DNA of 63,768 nt, filler included, from Thermoplasmatota archaeon (GCA_041623215.1; 23 parts of 23 records of this genome joined end to end with filler, not necessarily neighbours in it); one strand, 5' to 3'. Shown: positions 30,562 to 40,551, counted from the first letter of the whole stretch. Notes: generated by a model not told the origin, from the sequence alone. A program made the numbers and translations.

Positions 30562-30735
30562 GGTTTTTCGTCCACGTGCTACGCAGGCTACGACAACGGC
30601 TGCTACAACCCCAGCGGCATCGTACCGGCAACGTCTGTTGACCAAGCGGTGAACACGGTCTTCACTGGCCCTGATGCAACGCAGCTGCGCTTGGCCTGGT
30701 CTGACCCGGCGCTGACGCGGCTCGAATCGTCATAA
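30562..30735 (+). CDS. C-terminal fragment, possibly a CocE/PepX C-terminal domain (not in ORF track)
   Basis: ...VDQAVNTVFTGPDATQLRLAW...*, resembling the last strands of S15 hydrolases. Confidence 0.45.
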   Translation, partial: GFSSTCYAGYDNGCYNPSGIVPATSVDQAVNTVFTGPDATQLRLAWSDPALTRLESS

Positions 30736-30766
30736 AGGCTTCAAGGGCGCACCGCTCGGCAGCGGC

Positions 30767-32410
30767 ATGGACCTTCGTGCCCCCGTGCTGGCCGCCCTGT
30801 TCTTGGTGGTCGGCCTCGCCGGCTGCCTCAGCGATGATGATGACCCCGCCCCGGGAGGGCCCGACGGCGACACGTTGGACGCGAGCCAACCTTTTGCCGT
30901 CCTGCTTTGCACCGACGGCGTGCGCAGCTTGCAAGCAGATGACCTGGATACGTGCAACCACCGCGTCACCAAGCCGCTGCTGGACCCCGGGATGTTCGAC
31001 TGGACCACGCAGCATGGCCCCGGCAACGAAGTTTCCATCGCCGTGGACCCCACCAACCCGCTGCGCCTGATTGGTGGCGCCAAGGACTACACGGTGAGCT
31101 ACATCTCGGATGTGGCCGAATGCGGCGACTACACCGTCTGGATGGGGACCTACTGGAGCACGGATGGCGGCCTGACGTGGGGCAATGACCTCATGCCCGG
31201 CTTCGAGGGCGACCCACGCGAAAGCCCCCTGCACGGCAACGACTGCAACACCGACCCGGTCCTTGCCTTCGACGATGACGGCACCGCTTGGTACCATGCC
31301 CTCAATTACGACGGCGCCCGCGACGACATGACGACCGTGCCGTCGCCCTTGTCCGGCTACGATACCTTCTCCGGCAGTCAACTCTACTTCGCCAAAAGCC
31401 CCGACGGCGGCGCCACCTACCCGGGCCAAGACATCACCTTTGCAGCGTTTGGCGACGATGGCTTGCTGTTCAACGACAAGAACTGGTTCGCACTGCAACC
31501 CGGCGGCGACCACATGATTGCCACATGGAGCGCGTTTGGGCCCGCAGGTGACGGCATTTTCTTCGTTGAATCCCACGACGCCGGTGCCACGTGGGGTCCC
31601 ATGACGCCCATCACGACCGGCGGTGCCACCAGCGCGCCGCTCGTCCAATTCAGCATGCCACAGTACCTGCCTGGCGGCGACACGCTCGCGGTCATTTGGG
31701 GCACGGCCACTGGACCCAGCGGGCTGGGCTGGACGTTGGCCTACACGGAAGGCGTCGTGTCTCCCGCTGGCACCGCCTTCGGCCCGGCTCGCGAAGCGTT
31801 CACCATGAACAGTCTCAAGTCCGGTAGCGGCCGCGACGGCACCGGGCCCAGTGAGTTTCGGTTGTCCACCTACCCGGTCTTGGGTGTTGACACGAGTGGC
31901 GGCGACTGTGACGGCCGACGCTACGTAGTGTGGCCCGACCAGCCGGGGCCCTTGGATTCCGATGTGCAAGTGCTGCTTCGCTACAGCGACGACGGCTTGA
32001 CATGGAGCGACGCAATTACCGTCAACGACGTGGATGCCGGCGACCAGCTCATGCCGTGGATTGACGTGGACCCCAATGGGGGCGTTCACGTGGTGTTCTA
32101 CGACCGCCGAGACGACCCCGAAAACCGTCTGCTCAACGTGTACTATGCCTACTCCGACAGTTGCGCCGAATCGTTCTACCCCAACGTCCGCGTGACGGAA
32201 ACCAGCTTCGACGGCGACCTCGGCCACCACCAATCTGGTGCTCCCTTCATTGGCGATTACATCGGGGTTGACACGACCGCGACCACCGCCAGCATCATCT
32301 GGGCCGACACGCGCCACACCGGCACACCTGGGCGCCTCGCTGGTTCAGATGTGTACGCCGCCACCATCCTGTTGGACGCCGAAGCCGGCGCGGCGCTTGG
32401 CATGGAGTGA
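30767..32410 (+). CDS. BNR/Asp-box beta-propeller (sialidase-like) lipoprotein
   Basis: LAGC lipobox; Asp-boxes STDGGLTW, SPDGGATY, SHDAGATW, SDDGLTW; FIGDY. Confidence 0.88.
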   Translation: MDLRAPVLAALFLVVGLAGCLSDDDDPAPGGPDGDTLDASQPFAVLLCTDGVRSLQADDLDTCNHRVTKPLLDPGMFDWTTQHGPGNEVSIAVDPTNPLRLIGGAKDYTVSYISDVAECGDYTVWMGTYWSTDGGLTWGNDLMPGFEGDPRESPLHGNDCNTDPVLAFDDDGTAWYHALNYDGARDDMTTVPSPLSGYDTFSGSQLYFAKSPDGGATYPGQDITFAAFGDDGLLFNDKNWFALQPGGDHMIATWSAFGPAGDGIFFVESHDAGATWGPMTPITTGGATSAPLVQFSMPQYLPGGDTLAVIWGTATGPSGLGWTLAYTEGVVSPAGTAFGPAREAFTMNSLKSGSGRDGTGPSEFRLSTYPVLGVDTSGGDCDGRRYVVWPDQPGPLDSDVQVLLRYSDDGLTWSDAITVNDVDAGDQLMPWIDVDPNGGVHVVFYDRRDDPENRLLNVYYAYSDSCAESFYPNVRVTETSFDGDLGHHQSGAPFIGDYIGVDTTATTASIIWADTRHTGTPGRLAGSDVYAATILLDAEAGAALGME

Positions 32411-33093
32411 CCACCGTGCAACAAGCGGCCGACCCTCCCTTCGTGCCGTACCTTCCCGCAACCCTTGATGGGGACGCCTCCGTCGCTGCAGTGCGCGCCT
32501 TTCGCGAACACATGGATGGCCGCCGCACCATACGAGCCTTCGATGCTGAACGAGACGTTGAGCGCGCTGTCATCGAGGAGATTCTGACGGTTGCGGGCTC
32601 GGCGCCTTCCGGGGCCCACAAGCAACCATGGACCTTCGTGGCGGTTCGTTCTAGTGACATCAAGGCGAAGCTTCGCGAGGCGGCCGAAGCGCAGGAGAAG
32701 CGATTCTACTCGGAATTGGCGCCCGATGAATGGCTTCGTGACTTGGCGCCGCTTGGTACCGACTGGGAGAAAACGCACCTCACCGATGCCCCGTGGGTCA
32801 TCGTGGTGTTCGCCAAGGACTACGCCCTAGCGGCGGACGGAAGCAAGGCCAAGCACTACTACGTCAACGAATCCGTCGGCATCGCCTGCGGGTTCCTGCT
32901 CGCCGCCATTCGCATGGCCGGCCTATGCGCCCTGACGCATACCCCCAGCCCCATGAACTTCCTCCGGGACTTGCTTGGCCGACCGAAGAATGAGCGCACC
33001 TACCTAGTCGTGCCCGTTGGCTACGCGGCAAAGGATTGTGAAGTGCCAGATTTGCGGCGCAAGAAGTTGGAAGAATTTGTGACGTGGATTTAG
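32407..33093 (+). CDS. Iodotyrosine deiodinase-like flavoprotein (nitroreductase superfamily)
   Basis: RRTIR, APSGAHKQPW, EKRFY, LGTDWEK, YYVNESVGIACG, LTHTP. Confidence 0.88.
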   Translation: MTTVQQAADPPFVPYLPATLDGDASVAAVRAFREHMDGRRTIRAFDAERDVERAVIEEILTVAGSAPSGAHKQPWTFVAVRSSDIKAKLREAAEAQEKRFYSELAPDEWLRDLAPLGTDWEKTHLTDAPWVIVVFAKDYALAADGSKAKHYYVNESVGIACGFLLAAIRMAGLCALTHTPSPMNFLRDLLGRPKNERTYLVVPVGYAAKDCEVPDLRRKKLEEFVTWI

Positions 33094-33116
33094 ATTGGGT
33101 CTCGGGTCGGTCGCAA

Positions 33117-33262
33117 TCATAGGCCCACGACTGCCCCATGCCCCGCAAAAGCCACCCACCCGGCCGCCATCATCCAATGATGCAAGGACCCGGGCGTCCC
33201 GCGTTCCATCCAACCCGCCACCATGAAAAACGGAAATGGAGCGACGGACGACACGAAGAGCA
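33117..33262 (-). CDS. Membrane protein, C-terminal fragment
   Basis: Hydrophobic open frame from the contig edge ending ...HGAVVGL*. Confidence 0.4.
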
Positions 33263-33362
33263 NNNNNNNNNNNNNNNNNNNNNNNNNNNNNNNNNNNNNN
33301 NNNNNNTTAATTAATTAANNNNNNNNNNNNNNNNNNNNNNNNNNNNNNNNNNNNNNNNNNNN

Positions 33363-34131
33363 CGCGGGCCGTCAGACCCACCACTTGGGAGACATTGCGC
33401 CGTGGTTCACGTACATCAGGCCCTAACAACGCCTCTTGCACGTCAAGCAGGCCGAAGGCGGACGGTAGCTGACCAACGGCTGCGGCGCCCGCTGGTCCCA
33501 GCGACAGCGTGGGTTGGCCGGAGACAAAGGCGCCCATGCCACCCACGTGCCAGGTCCCCTGCGTCCCCTCGTGGAAGAAGGCATAGTCAGTGCCGTTGTA
33601 CATGCGCACCCCTTCGGGCGTACTCACACGCACGACGGCGCCCACGTTGAGTGGAGCGAAGCGGTGGCTGTCGGGAAAGACCAACGTGGTGGAGCCAGCA
33701 GCCAGCATGGCCATGCTCGACTGGTTGCCACCGGTCCACGTGGACAGCGTTGCAGCGGGCATTTTGCCCATGGTGGCCTCACCCGAGGTGAGGAGTCGGG
33801 TCGCCGGGTCAAAACTGACATTGGTAACATCGTGGGTTACCCCATTGGGACACAAGGGGGATAGTTCGGCGAGGATCGCGACTAGCCGGCCCTGCTGATA
33901 ACGCAGGGGACACACCGTGAGGGACCCGCCGTCAAAGGCGGCCTCTTCGACGTTGATGAGGGTGACGTTGGTCAAGGTAGCGCCCTCCACCGCCAAGTGG
34001 CCCGTGAACAGAAACGAATCCTGCAGGCGAAGCTCGGGGGCGGCCGCGAGCGTGACTTCGTCAGCTGCTACCAGCGTGGGCAGGACGAGCACCATGGCTG
34101 CAAGGGCGAATGCGCAGCCGTAGTTCACCAC
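33363..34131 (-). CDS. Secreted hypothetical protein (3' truncated)
   Basis: Signal-peptide-like N-terminus, beta-rich body. Confidence 0.6.
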
Positions 34132-34260
34132 GGGTGAGCATGGCCGAACACGGGCTTAGCCATGTCGTAGCCGCGGCGCAAGCACTAGGCAATTTCGGGA
34201 TGGTGGCGGGGCACTGGATTCAGGTTCGCCCTTGGTTCACGGCCAGTCAACCGAGAGCCG

Positions 34261-34292
34261 TCAAAGGGGGGTGGGGGAAGAGGGAAAGGAAT
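34261..34292 (-). terminator. Pyrimidine-rich putative terminator
   Basis: Minus strand ATTCCTTTCCCTCTTCCCCCACCCCCCTTTGA after the stop at 34304. Confidence 0.45.
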
Positions 34293-34303
34293 CGAACGGT
34301 TGC

Positions 34304-35089
34304 CTAAATGAGCGTCCCGTCAGGGCAGCCGTCGGTGGGGAAGTCGCCAAGGCCGTCTTCCATTTGGTCGAGGCACATGTCGCTGCCATCGAGGACACCG
34401 TCACCATCGGTGTCGGCGTTGAACGGGTCGGTCCAGACGTTGCCATCGCCGTGCTCGTCAGCGTCGCTCAAGCCGTCTTCGTCGCAGTCGCCGGCCATGT
34501 CTTCAGTCCACACGTTCAGCATGATGCTGCCACTCCAGGACGAGTGCTTCTGGACACCCTTGCCGTTCTCCTTGGGCGTGGTCCACTTGGTGGTCACACC
34601 GGAGTTGAATTCCCACAGGCCGCAGTGGTCGAAGCTCTGCATGCCATCGGGGGTTTGGTCGGTGCTCATGTTGAAGATGAGCGTGGCGGATTCGCCGTCG
34701 GCGAGGGTGCCAATGTCCCAGGTAAGGCGGTATTGGCCGTTAGCGCCCTTTTGGGTAAAGCCGGCGATGCCGTGGCTGACATCCATCCAGGCACTGGTGT
34801 TGAGTTCCAGCGAGGCGCTGAAGTGGTCCTTGACGGTGATGTCATTCATGTCGGCGCCACTGTCGTTGGTGACCGTCATGGTCAGGTTGAAGTCAGTCAT
34901 TTCGCCAACTTCGACCAGGCCGTCGCCATCGGCGTCCGTGTATTCGGTGACCTCCTTGCAGCCGACGGCACCGTCGGCGCAGGCGCCGTTGGCATCGTCG
35001 GGGAAGGTGTGGGCGTTCACGCCACCTGCAAGGAGCAGGCTGGCGACGAGCGTCAGTGTGGCCACGAGGGCCTTGGTTGTGGAGTGCAT
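34304..35089 (-). CDS. Secreted protein with DUF11-like Ig domain and DxDxDG calcium-binding repeats
   Basis: Signal peptide; TVTN..ITVKD..LTWDIGTLADGESATL; DCDEDGLSD and DTDGDGVLD. Confidence 0.75.
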   Translation of the reverse strand: MHSTTKALVATLTLVASLLLAGGVNAHTFPDDANGACADGAVGCKEVTEYTDADGDGLVEVGEMTDFNLTMTVTNDSGADMNDITVKDHFSASLELNTSAWMDVSHGIAGFTQKGANGQYRLTWDIGTLADGESATLIFNMSTDQTPDGMQSFDHCGLWEFNSGVTTKWTTPKENGKGVQKHSSWSGSIMLNVWTEDMAGDCDEDGLSDADEHGDGNVWTDPFNADTDGDGVLDGSDMCLDQMEDGLGDFPTDGCPDGTLI

Positions 35090-35171
35090 AGCGTGCCTCA
35101 TTGTGGGCTCTACTTCTCGCTAAAAAGGTTGACGACTTGAATCGACCACCCAACAGGGTTGGCGTCGCGGG

Positions 35172-36056
35172 CTATTGGGTGCGCCCGGCTAGCACAAAAT
35201 GGGCTAGAAGGGCCTCAATTTGGATGCGTTCATTACTACCTTCCACAAGCCGGAACTCAATCTCACCCACCTTGTCAACGAGCGCGACTTTCATCGCGTC
35301 GTCAATATCCAAGTCGAACACGCTGCGGTGCACTTGCCGAATGACATCTTCCCCCGACAGACCATAGTCAATCAACAGGCCATCCAGACGGTTGCGGGCA
35401 GCCATGAAGTCGCCGCCGAGGGCCGTTTCCAGGAGCGCTTTGACTTCGTCAGGCCGAGCGGTGCTCGTGGTTTGGTAAATGGCATCGGCATCAATCTTGC
35501 CCCCAAGAGCCGCCGCCACCTGGAGCGTGTTGACTGTCTTTCGCAAGTCGCCCTTAGCCACGAATACGAGGGCGTCCACGCCGTCGGGCGTGACATCCAC
35601 CTTCTCCTCCTGGGCAATGCGGCGGACAAAACGCTTCACTTGGTCGGTCGTCAGGGGCCGGAAGCGGAAAACAGCGCAGCGACTCTGGATGGGGTCAATG
35701 ATCTTGGACGAGTAATTGCACGACAGAATGAAGCGCGTCGTATTGGTGTAGCGCTCCATGGTGCGGCGGAGCGCCGATTGCGCGTCGTGCGTCAAGGCGT
35801 CCGCTTCGTCCAGGAAGACGATCTTGAATCCGCCGCCGGTGGTGCCGACGCGCGCGAAGTCCTTGATCTTGCCACGGACAATCCCGATGCCCCGTTCATC
35901 CGAGGCATTGAGTTCAAGGAAGCGGCTGCGCCAATCCTCGCCCCAGAGGTCCTTGGCCAGCGCAATGGCACTCGTTGTCTTCCCCGTTCCCGGTGGCCCC
36001 GCGAACATCATGTGCGGGATGTTGTCGGCAGCCACATACGCAGACAGCCGCTCAAC
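35172..36056 (-). CDS. rfcS: Replication factor C small subunit (5' truncated)
   Basis: GPPGTGKT, ELNASDERG, LDEAD, ALRRTME, PIQSRC. Confidence 0.97.
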   Translation of the reverse strand, partial: VERLSAYVAADNIPHMMFAGPPGTGKTTSAIALAKDLWGEDWRSRFLELNASDERGIGIVRGKIKDFARVGTTGGGFKIVFLDEADALTHDAQSALRRTMERYTNTTRFILSCNYSSKIIDPIQSRCAVFRFRPLTTDQVKRFVRRIAQEEKVDVTPDGVDALVFVAKGDLRKTVNTLQVAAALGGKIDADAIYQTTSTARPDEVKALLETALGGDFMAARNRLDGLLIDYGLSGEDVIRQVHRSVFDLDIDDAMKVALVDKVGEIEFRLVEGSNERIQIEALLAHFVLAGRTQ

Positions 36057-36189
36057 NNNNNNNNNNNNNNNNNNNNNNNNNNNNNNNNNNNNNNNNNNNN
36101 TTAATTAATTAANNNNNNNNNNNNNNNNNNNNNNNNNNNNNNNNNNNNNNNNNNNNCACCGTTATATTCGAGCAAAAGCAGTGAGGTGC

Positions 36190-36621
36190 ATGGTCTCTTG
36201 GAAACAAGTGTTGGCCTTCTCCCCCGCGTTGGTCCTTGCCAACAGCATGCTGGGCTTGTCGCAAGTTCTGGACGGGTTCTTTGATGTCTGGGCCGCCAGT
36301 CTCCTTGGCGATTTGATTTTCATCGCCGGCACCACGGGCGTAGCCTTTCTTGCCTGGGGGATGCTGACGGCGACGAGTCCGGCCCTGTCTTGGCTGGCTG
36401 CGCCTGCGGTTTTTTTCGCCAATTGGACGACGTATGTTTTGGCCTGGATGGCCACCGGCTCTGCCATGCTCGACGAATGGCAAGGCTGGCAATGGAGTGG
36501 CATCCTCGAAACCGGTTGGCCGGGGTTGGTCGCGGCCGCGGTCGCAGCCTTAGTGGCGGCCTTTGTGCAGGCCTACCAGCGGCGGGCCAGCGCTGAAACG
36601 GGGCAGCCTGCCGCATCCTAA
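36190..36621 (+). CDS. Hypothetical membrane protein
   Basis: About 4 hydrophobic helices; GAGGTG SD. Confidence 0.6.
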   Translation: MVSWKQVLAFSPALVLANSMLGLSQVLDGFFDVWAASLLGDLIFIAGTTGVAFLAWGMLTATSPALSWLAAPAVFFANWTTYVLAWMATGSAMLDEWQGWQWSGILETGWPGLVAAAVAALVAAFVQAYQRRASAETGQPAAS

Positions 36622-36651
36622 GCAAGCTTGGTCGTCTCGGTTGGGGGCGGC

Positions 36652-37428
36652 TCAAATGCCGTTCAACCGGCCGCCATCCACCGCCAGCGATTGGCCACGA
36701 ATGTAGGCCGCCGCTGGCGTACAAAGCCAAGCAATCGTAGCGCCCAATTCATCGGGGTGGCCGAGGCGACCTTCGGGAATGCTGGCAAGCCAAGTCGCTC
36801 GAACATCATCGGCGGTGCTGCCTTGGCGAGCGGCATTGGCTTCGGCCAGGCTCGCCAATCTTGGTGTGTCCGTGAAGCCGGGCAGGACGTTGTTGATGGT
36901 CACGCCGGGCGGTAATTCACGACTAAGCGTCTTGGCCCAAGCGGCCATGGTGGCGCGAATCGTGTTGGAGACGCCCAGGTTGGGGATGGGCTCTCGTACC
37001 GAGGTTGAAAGCACATTGACGATGCGGCCATAGCCCGCGTCTCGCATCGCTGGAAGCGTGAGGCGCAGAATCCGTTGTGCCATCAGAAGATGACGACCGT
37101 AGGGAACGAGAAAGTCCTGGTCCGTGGCATCCAACAGGGCGCCCGCTGGCGGGCCGCCGGTATTGTTGATGACAATGTGGACCGGGTGGTTGGCCACATG
37201 CTTCGAGATGCTCGCTTCGGCGCCGTCACGCTCGTCCAGGTCAGCGGCCAGCCAATGCTTCTGACCCTTGCCAGGCAACTGCGCTGCCGCCTGCTGCAGG
37301 CGCGTGGCATCGCGAGCCAGAAGCGTCACGTCTGCATCAAGCAAAGCCAACTGATTGGCGGCGGCCAGGCCGATGCCTTGACTAGCGCCGCAAACCAGCG
37401 CATGCTTACCGGCCAATGATACGTCCAC
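36652..37428 (-). CDS. SDR family oxidoreductase with atypical catalytic motif
   Basis: ALVCGASQGIG, NNTGGP, SNTIR in place of YxxxK, NNVLPG.T.T.R, VDGG. Confidence 0.88.
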   Translation of the reverse strand: MDVSLAGKHALVCGASQGIGLAAANQLALLDADVTLLARDATRLQQAAAQLPGKGQKHWLAADLDERDGAEASISKHVANHPVHIVINNTGGPPAGALLDATDQDFLVPYGRHLLMAQRILRLTLPAMRDAGYGRIVNVLSTSVREPIPNLGVSNTIRATMAAWAKTLSRELPPGVTINNVLPGFTDTPRLASLAEANAARQGSTADDVRATWLASIPEGRLGHPDELGATIAWLCTPAAAYIRGQSLAVDGGRLNGI

Positions 37429-37511
37429 GAGCCGGCGACCGGCAAGCGCTTCAAAAGGTGCTCCGGGGCAAACGCGCAACCGTCATGAGCCACGGCGCCC
37501 AAGGTGGGGTC

Positions 37512-37793
37512 ATGGCGGTCGCGTCGTTCAACGGCACACAAGTTGCCGCGTCCTCCCGAACCGTGCAAGTGGAAGGTAACCACTACTTCCCACTGGCCGA
37601 TGTGAATCAGGCCGTCTTACAGCCCAGTCCAACCACGACGGAATGCGCCTGGAAGGGCACAGCCCATTACTACGATGTTGTGGTGGACGGCGAAGTTGCA
37701 CGCGACGCCGCATGGTACTACCCGGACCCGAAGCCGGAAGCGAGCAAGATCAAGAACCACGTGGCGTTCTGGAAGGGTGTTCGCGTTCACTAG
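37512..37793 (+). CDS. DUF427 family protein
   Basis: VEGNHYFP, C.WKG.A.YY, AAWYYPDP, IKNHVAFWKGV. Confidence 0.9.
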   Translation: MAVASFNGTQVAASSRTVQVEGNHYFPLADVNQAVLQPSPTTTECAWKGTAHYYDVVVDGEVARDAAWYYPDPKPEASKIKNHVAFWKGVRVH

Positions 37794-37810
37794 CGCGGCC
37801 AGCACGTCAG

Positions 37811-38434
37811 TCACGAGTTGGGCAGCAGGGCCGCTCGAACCGGACTGGCGTCGGCGCCTTCCAACCTTAGGGGCAGGGCGATGAGCGTATAGTGGCCCGG
37901 AGCCACATGCGACAACACAAGACCCTCCAAGTTGCACACCTGGCGCGCCGCCAGCCGCTTGTGAGCGGGCAACTCCTTCGAATTCTGCAAGTCCGTACTG
38001 GGCGTGTCAAAACCCACCAAGACCACGCCGCGGTCTGCCAAAGCGTCAATCAATTCCGCCTCCGGCGCGGCAAAATCCTCGTTCCATTGCATGGGATCGG
38101 GAAATGTCCCGGTACGCATGAGAACACGGGGCGCCGATGGCTCAGCTTGTAGGTCCCGCCAACCAAAACGCTCGCCCCGGCGTGCTGCCACCTCAATCAC
38201 TTGGCATGGACCATAATACGCCTCAAGCGGCATGGACGCCGCGTCCAGCCCCGTCGCATCGTAATGGCGATGCGCATCGGTGTGCGAACCGACGTGCAGC
38301 GTGGTGTGGATGCTGCCCAAATCCATGTGCGCACCCGCCTCAATGTCCAGCGACTTTGCCAAGCCAAACGGCACGTCGCCGGGCCACACCGGGATGCCAG
38401 AGCGAATGGGCGGAGAAATATCAATCAGCGACAC
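37811..38434 (-). CDS. kynB: Kynurenine formamidase (cyclase family)
   Basis: DISPP..WPGD, H.GSH.DA, G.DTPS.D, LEGL.L, LIALPL...GADASPVRA. Confidence 0.85.
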   Translation of the reverse strand: MSLIDISPPIRSGIPVWPGDVPFGLAKSLDIEAGAHMDLGSIHTTLHVGSHTDAHRHYDATGLDAASMPLEAYYGPCQVIEVAARRGERFGWRDLQAEPSAPRVLMRTGTFPDPMQWNEDFAAPEAELIDALADRGVVLVGFDTPSTDLQNSKELPAHKRLAARQVCNLEGLVLSHVAPGHYTLIALPLRLEGADASPVRAALLPNS

Positions 38435-38624
38435 GGGCAGCCGCAACGAGGCGACGCGACCACTTCAAGCAAACGAACCGGCCTAGGCCGGGCCACGGCC
38501 CGTGGAGTCGCGGAAGCCAACCAGTGTCCCGGGGGGAGCGCGGTATATCCGCATCAGTGGATTTCCAGAAGGGACTCCCAATGTATTCATGGGTTTCCGG
38601 TGAATAACAAGTTCGGTGCCTAGG

Positions 38625-38705
38625 CTACTCGTCCGTAGGGCGGTAGGTCCAGTTCTCGTCGAAAGCGCCGCGTTGTTGGGCCTTGTTGGCCCGTCGTTGC
38701 ATTAG
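38625..38705 (-). CDS. C-terminal fragment of an unknown gene
   Basis: Open frame from the contig edge ending ...FDENWTYRPTDE*. Confidence 0.35.
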   Translation of the reverse strand, partial: LMQRRANKAQQRGAFDENWTYRPTDE

Positions 38706-38805
38706 NNNNNNNNNNNNNNNNNNNNNNNNNNNNNNNNNNNNNNNNNNNNTTAATTAATTAANNNNNNNNNNNNNNNNNNNNNNNNNNNNNNNNNNNNNNN
38801 NNNNN

Positions 38806-39311
38806 ACCATGTTGAAGTTGATCTCGGCGAAGTCGTTGGCGGGCACTTCGTACGTGAACTCGATGGGGCCGAACGGGGTCGCTTCTTGGGCGTAGGCGGT
38901 GAAGTCGTAGTGGGCGTCGACGCCGCGGTCGATGGAGACGACGGCGGTCCACTCGCCGGCGACGACGGGGTAGGTATTGGTGACAAAGCGGTGGTTGTCC
39001 GATTCGCCCCAACCGTTGCCGTTCTCCTGGCCGGTGGGGTCGATGAAGTAGAAGTCCAGCACGGCGCCGGGGATGCGCCAGGTGAGAAGGCCGGCGACTT
39101 CCGTGGTGCCGTTGGGCACGTCGAAGGTGTATTCGTGGTCGCTGTCGACGCCGCCGACAAGGAATTCTCCTTGCCACGTCCAATTCATGGGTGTAAAGAC
39201 GTTGGCCGCCGTCGGGTCATCCAGGCCAGGTTCCTTGGCGGGACTGGCGGTTTCGGTGAGGCAGCCGCTCAGGGCGACGATGCTGGCTACGGTGAGGGTG
39301 AGAATTTTCAT
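38806..39311 (-). CDS. Lipoprotein with PPC-like beta domain (3' truncated)
   Basis: AGGAGG SD; LSGC lipobox; LDFYFIDPTG..GEWTAVV. Confidence 0.75.
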
Positions 39312-39493
39312 GCTGGTTTCCTCCTGATAGCAATGGCGCTCAAGCGGACCACGAAAAGCGTTGCGACTACGGAGGCGCCCGGTGCCGATGCGACCCTTGC
39401 TTGGTGCTCCACTTGTGGCCACCCTGAACAACCTTCGCCGCCACCACACCGAGCAGGCGGCTGGTTATGTACTGTCAGCCCAAATTGAGGTGC

Positions 39494-40447
39494 ATGCTGC
39501 GCGCGTTGTTGTTGGCCACGCTGCTTCTTGGCACGGCGAGCGCGCACGTGCCGTCGTTTGCCCAGGCAGGCAGTTCGCCTGAAACGGCGTTTGTTGTGCA
39601 GAATCCGGACCAGTCACGCGTCTTCTACGGTGACTTAAACGCGGGAGACCAGCATTGGTTTCGCTTCGACCGCGAGGTAGGGGATGCCATTGACGTGAGC
39701 ATCCACCTGCCCCCTGGTGAAGCTTCGCGCCCGTCCCTGTGGCTTGTCGGCCCCGGGATCACGGGTACTGGACCTCACCAAACGCCTTCCGACCAAGGCG
39801 GCCAAGTGGCCTCGTTGGTTGACGAATTGAGCGTCGAGCCGTTTACGCCGCTCGCGATGCGCTTGGTGGCAAGTCTTGGTGAACAGGCACCTGCAAACGG
39901 CACCTTTTTCGTGGTCGTTGAAGCGGTAGAACCCGTCACTTATAGTGTGGCCATTGGGCGAGGCGAGTCGTTTACCCCAGCGGAATGGGTGGCCATTCCG
40001 GCTCAGCGCGTCGGCATCGTCGCATGGGCGGGGATTCCGTGGCCGGTTGGCTTGGTTGGTGAAGTGGTGGCCGCCAGTGCCGCTGGGTTCCTGGTTTGGA
40101 GGCGAGGCTTGGGTGCGCAAGCGGGACTCGGCATTGCGGCCGCCGCGACCCTAGCTGGCACGGCCTTGACTACCTTGGCCCTAGCCTTGATTGCAGCTAT
40201 CCAAGGCGGTATTTCCGGGGCCCTTGCGGTGCCCCTGGTGTTTGCCGCGATTGCCGCCGCCGTCGGCTTCGGCTCGTACCGGGCCGTCCGCGCGGGCAAG
40301 CCATGGGCGGGCGTCGCGTGGGCCACCGCCGCACTGGTGGCATGGGCCGGACTCATCCTAGCACCCGTTGCACTATTAGTCTGGGCGGCATGGCAATGGG
40401 GTTCCAATCGCCGGGGACCCACACCCCAAACCGGACCCACAGACTAG
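39494..40447 (+). CDS. Secreted-domain plus multi-TM membrane protein
   Basis: Signal ASA-HVP; EPFTP; YSVAIG..ESFT..EW; about 4 C-terminal TM helices; GAGGTG SD. Confidence 0.7.
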   Translation: MLRALLLATLLLGTASAHVPSFAQAGSSPETAFVVQNPDQSRVFYGDLNAGDQHWFRFDREVGDAIDVSIHLPPGEASRPSLWLVGPGITGTGPHQTPSDQGGQVASLVDELSVEPFTPLAMRLVASLGEQAPANGTFFVVVEAVEPVTYSVAIGRGESFTPAEWVAIPAQRVGIVAWAGIPWPVGLVGEVVAASAAGFLVWRRGLGAQAGLGIAAAATLAGTALTTLALALIAAIQGGISGALAVPLVFAAIAAAVGFGSYRAVRAGKPWAGVAWATAALVAWAGLILAPVALLVWAAWQWGSNRRGPTPQTGPTD

Positions 40448-40551
40448 CGCCACAGGGATAGGAAACCAGACACATTGGCCCGTCCGTGGCAACTGCCCCG
40501 CGCCATCGTTGCCGTGGACCATCCCGTGATTCCCCACCCCAGCCAAAGTCA

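Noticed and set aside
34265..34290. Functional G-quadruplex
   Set aside because: The G-runs are the complement of a pyrimidine tract positioned like a terminator; there is no independent support.
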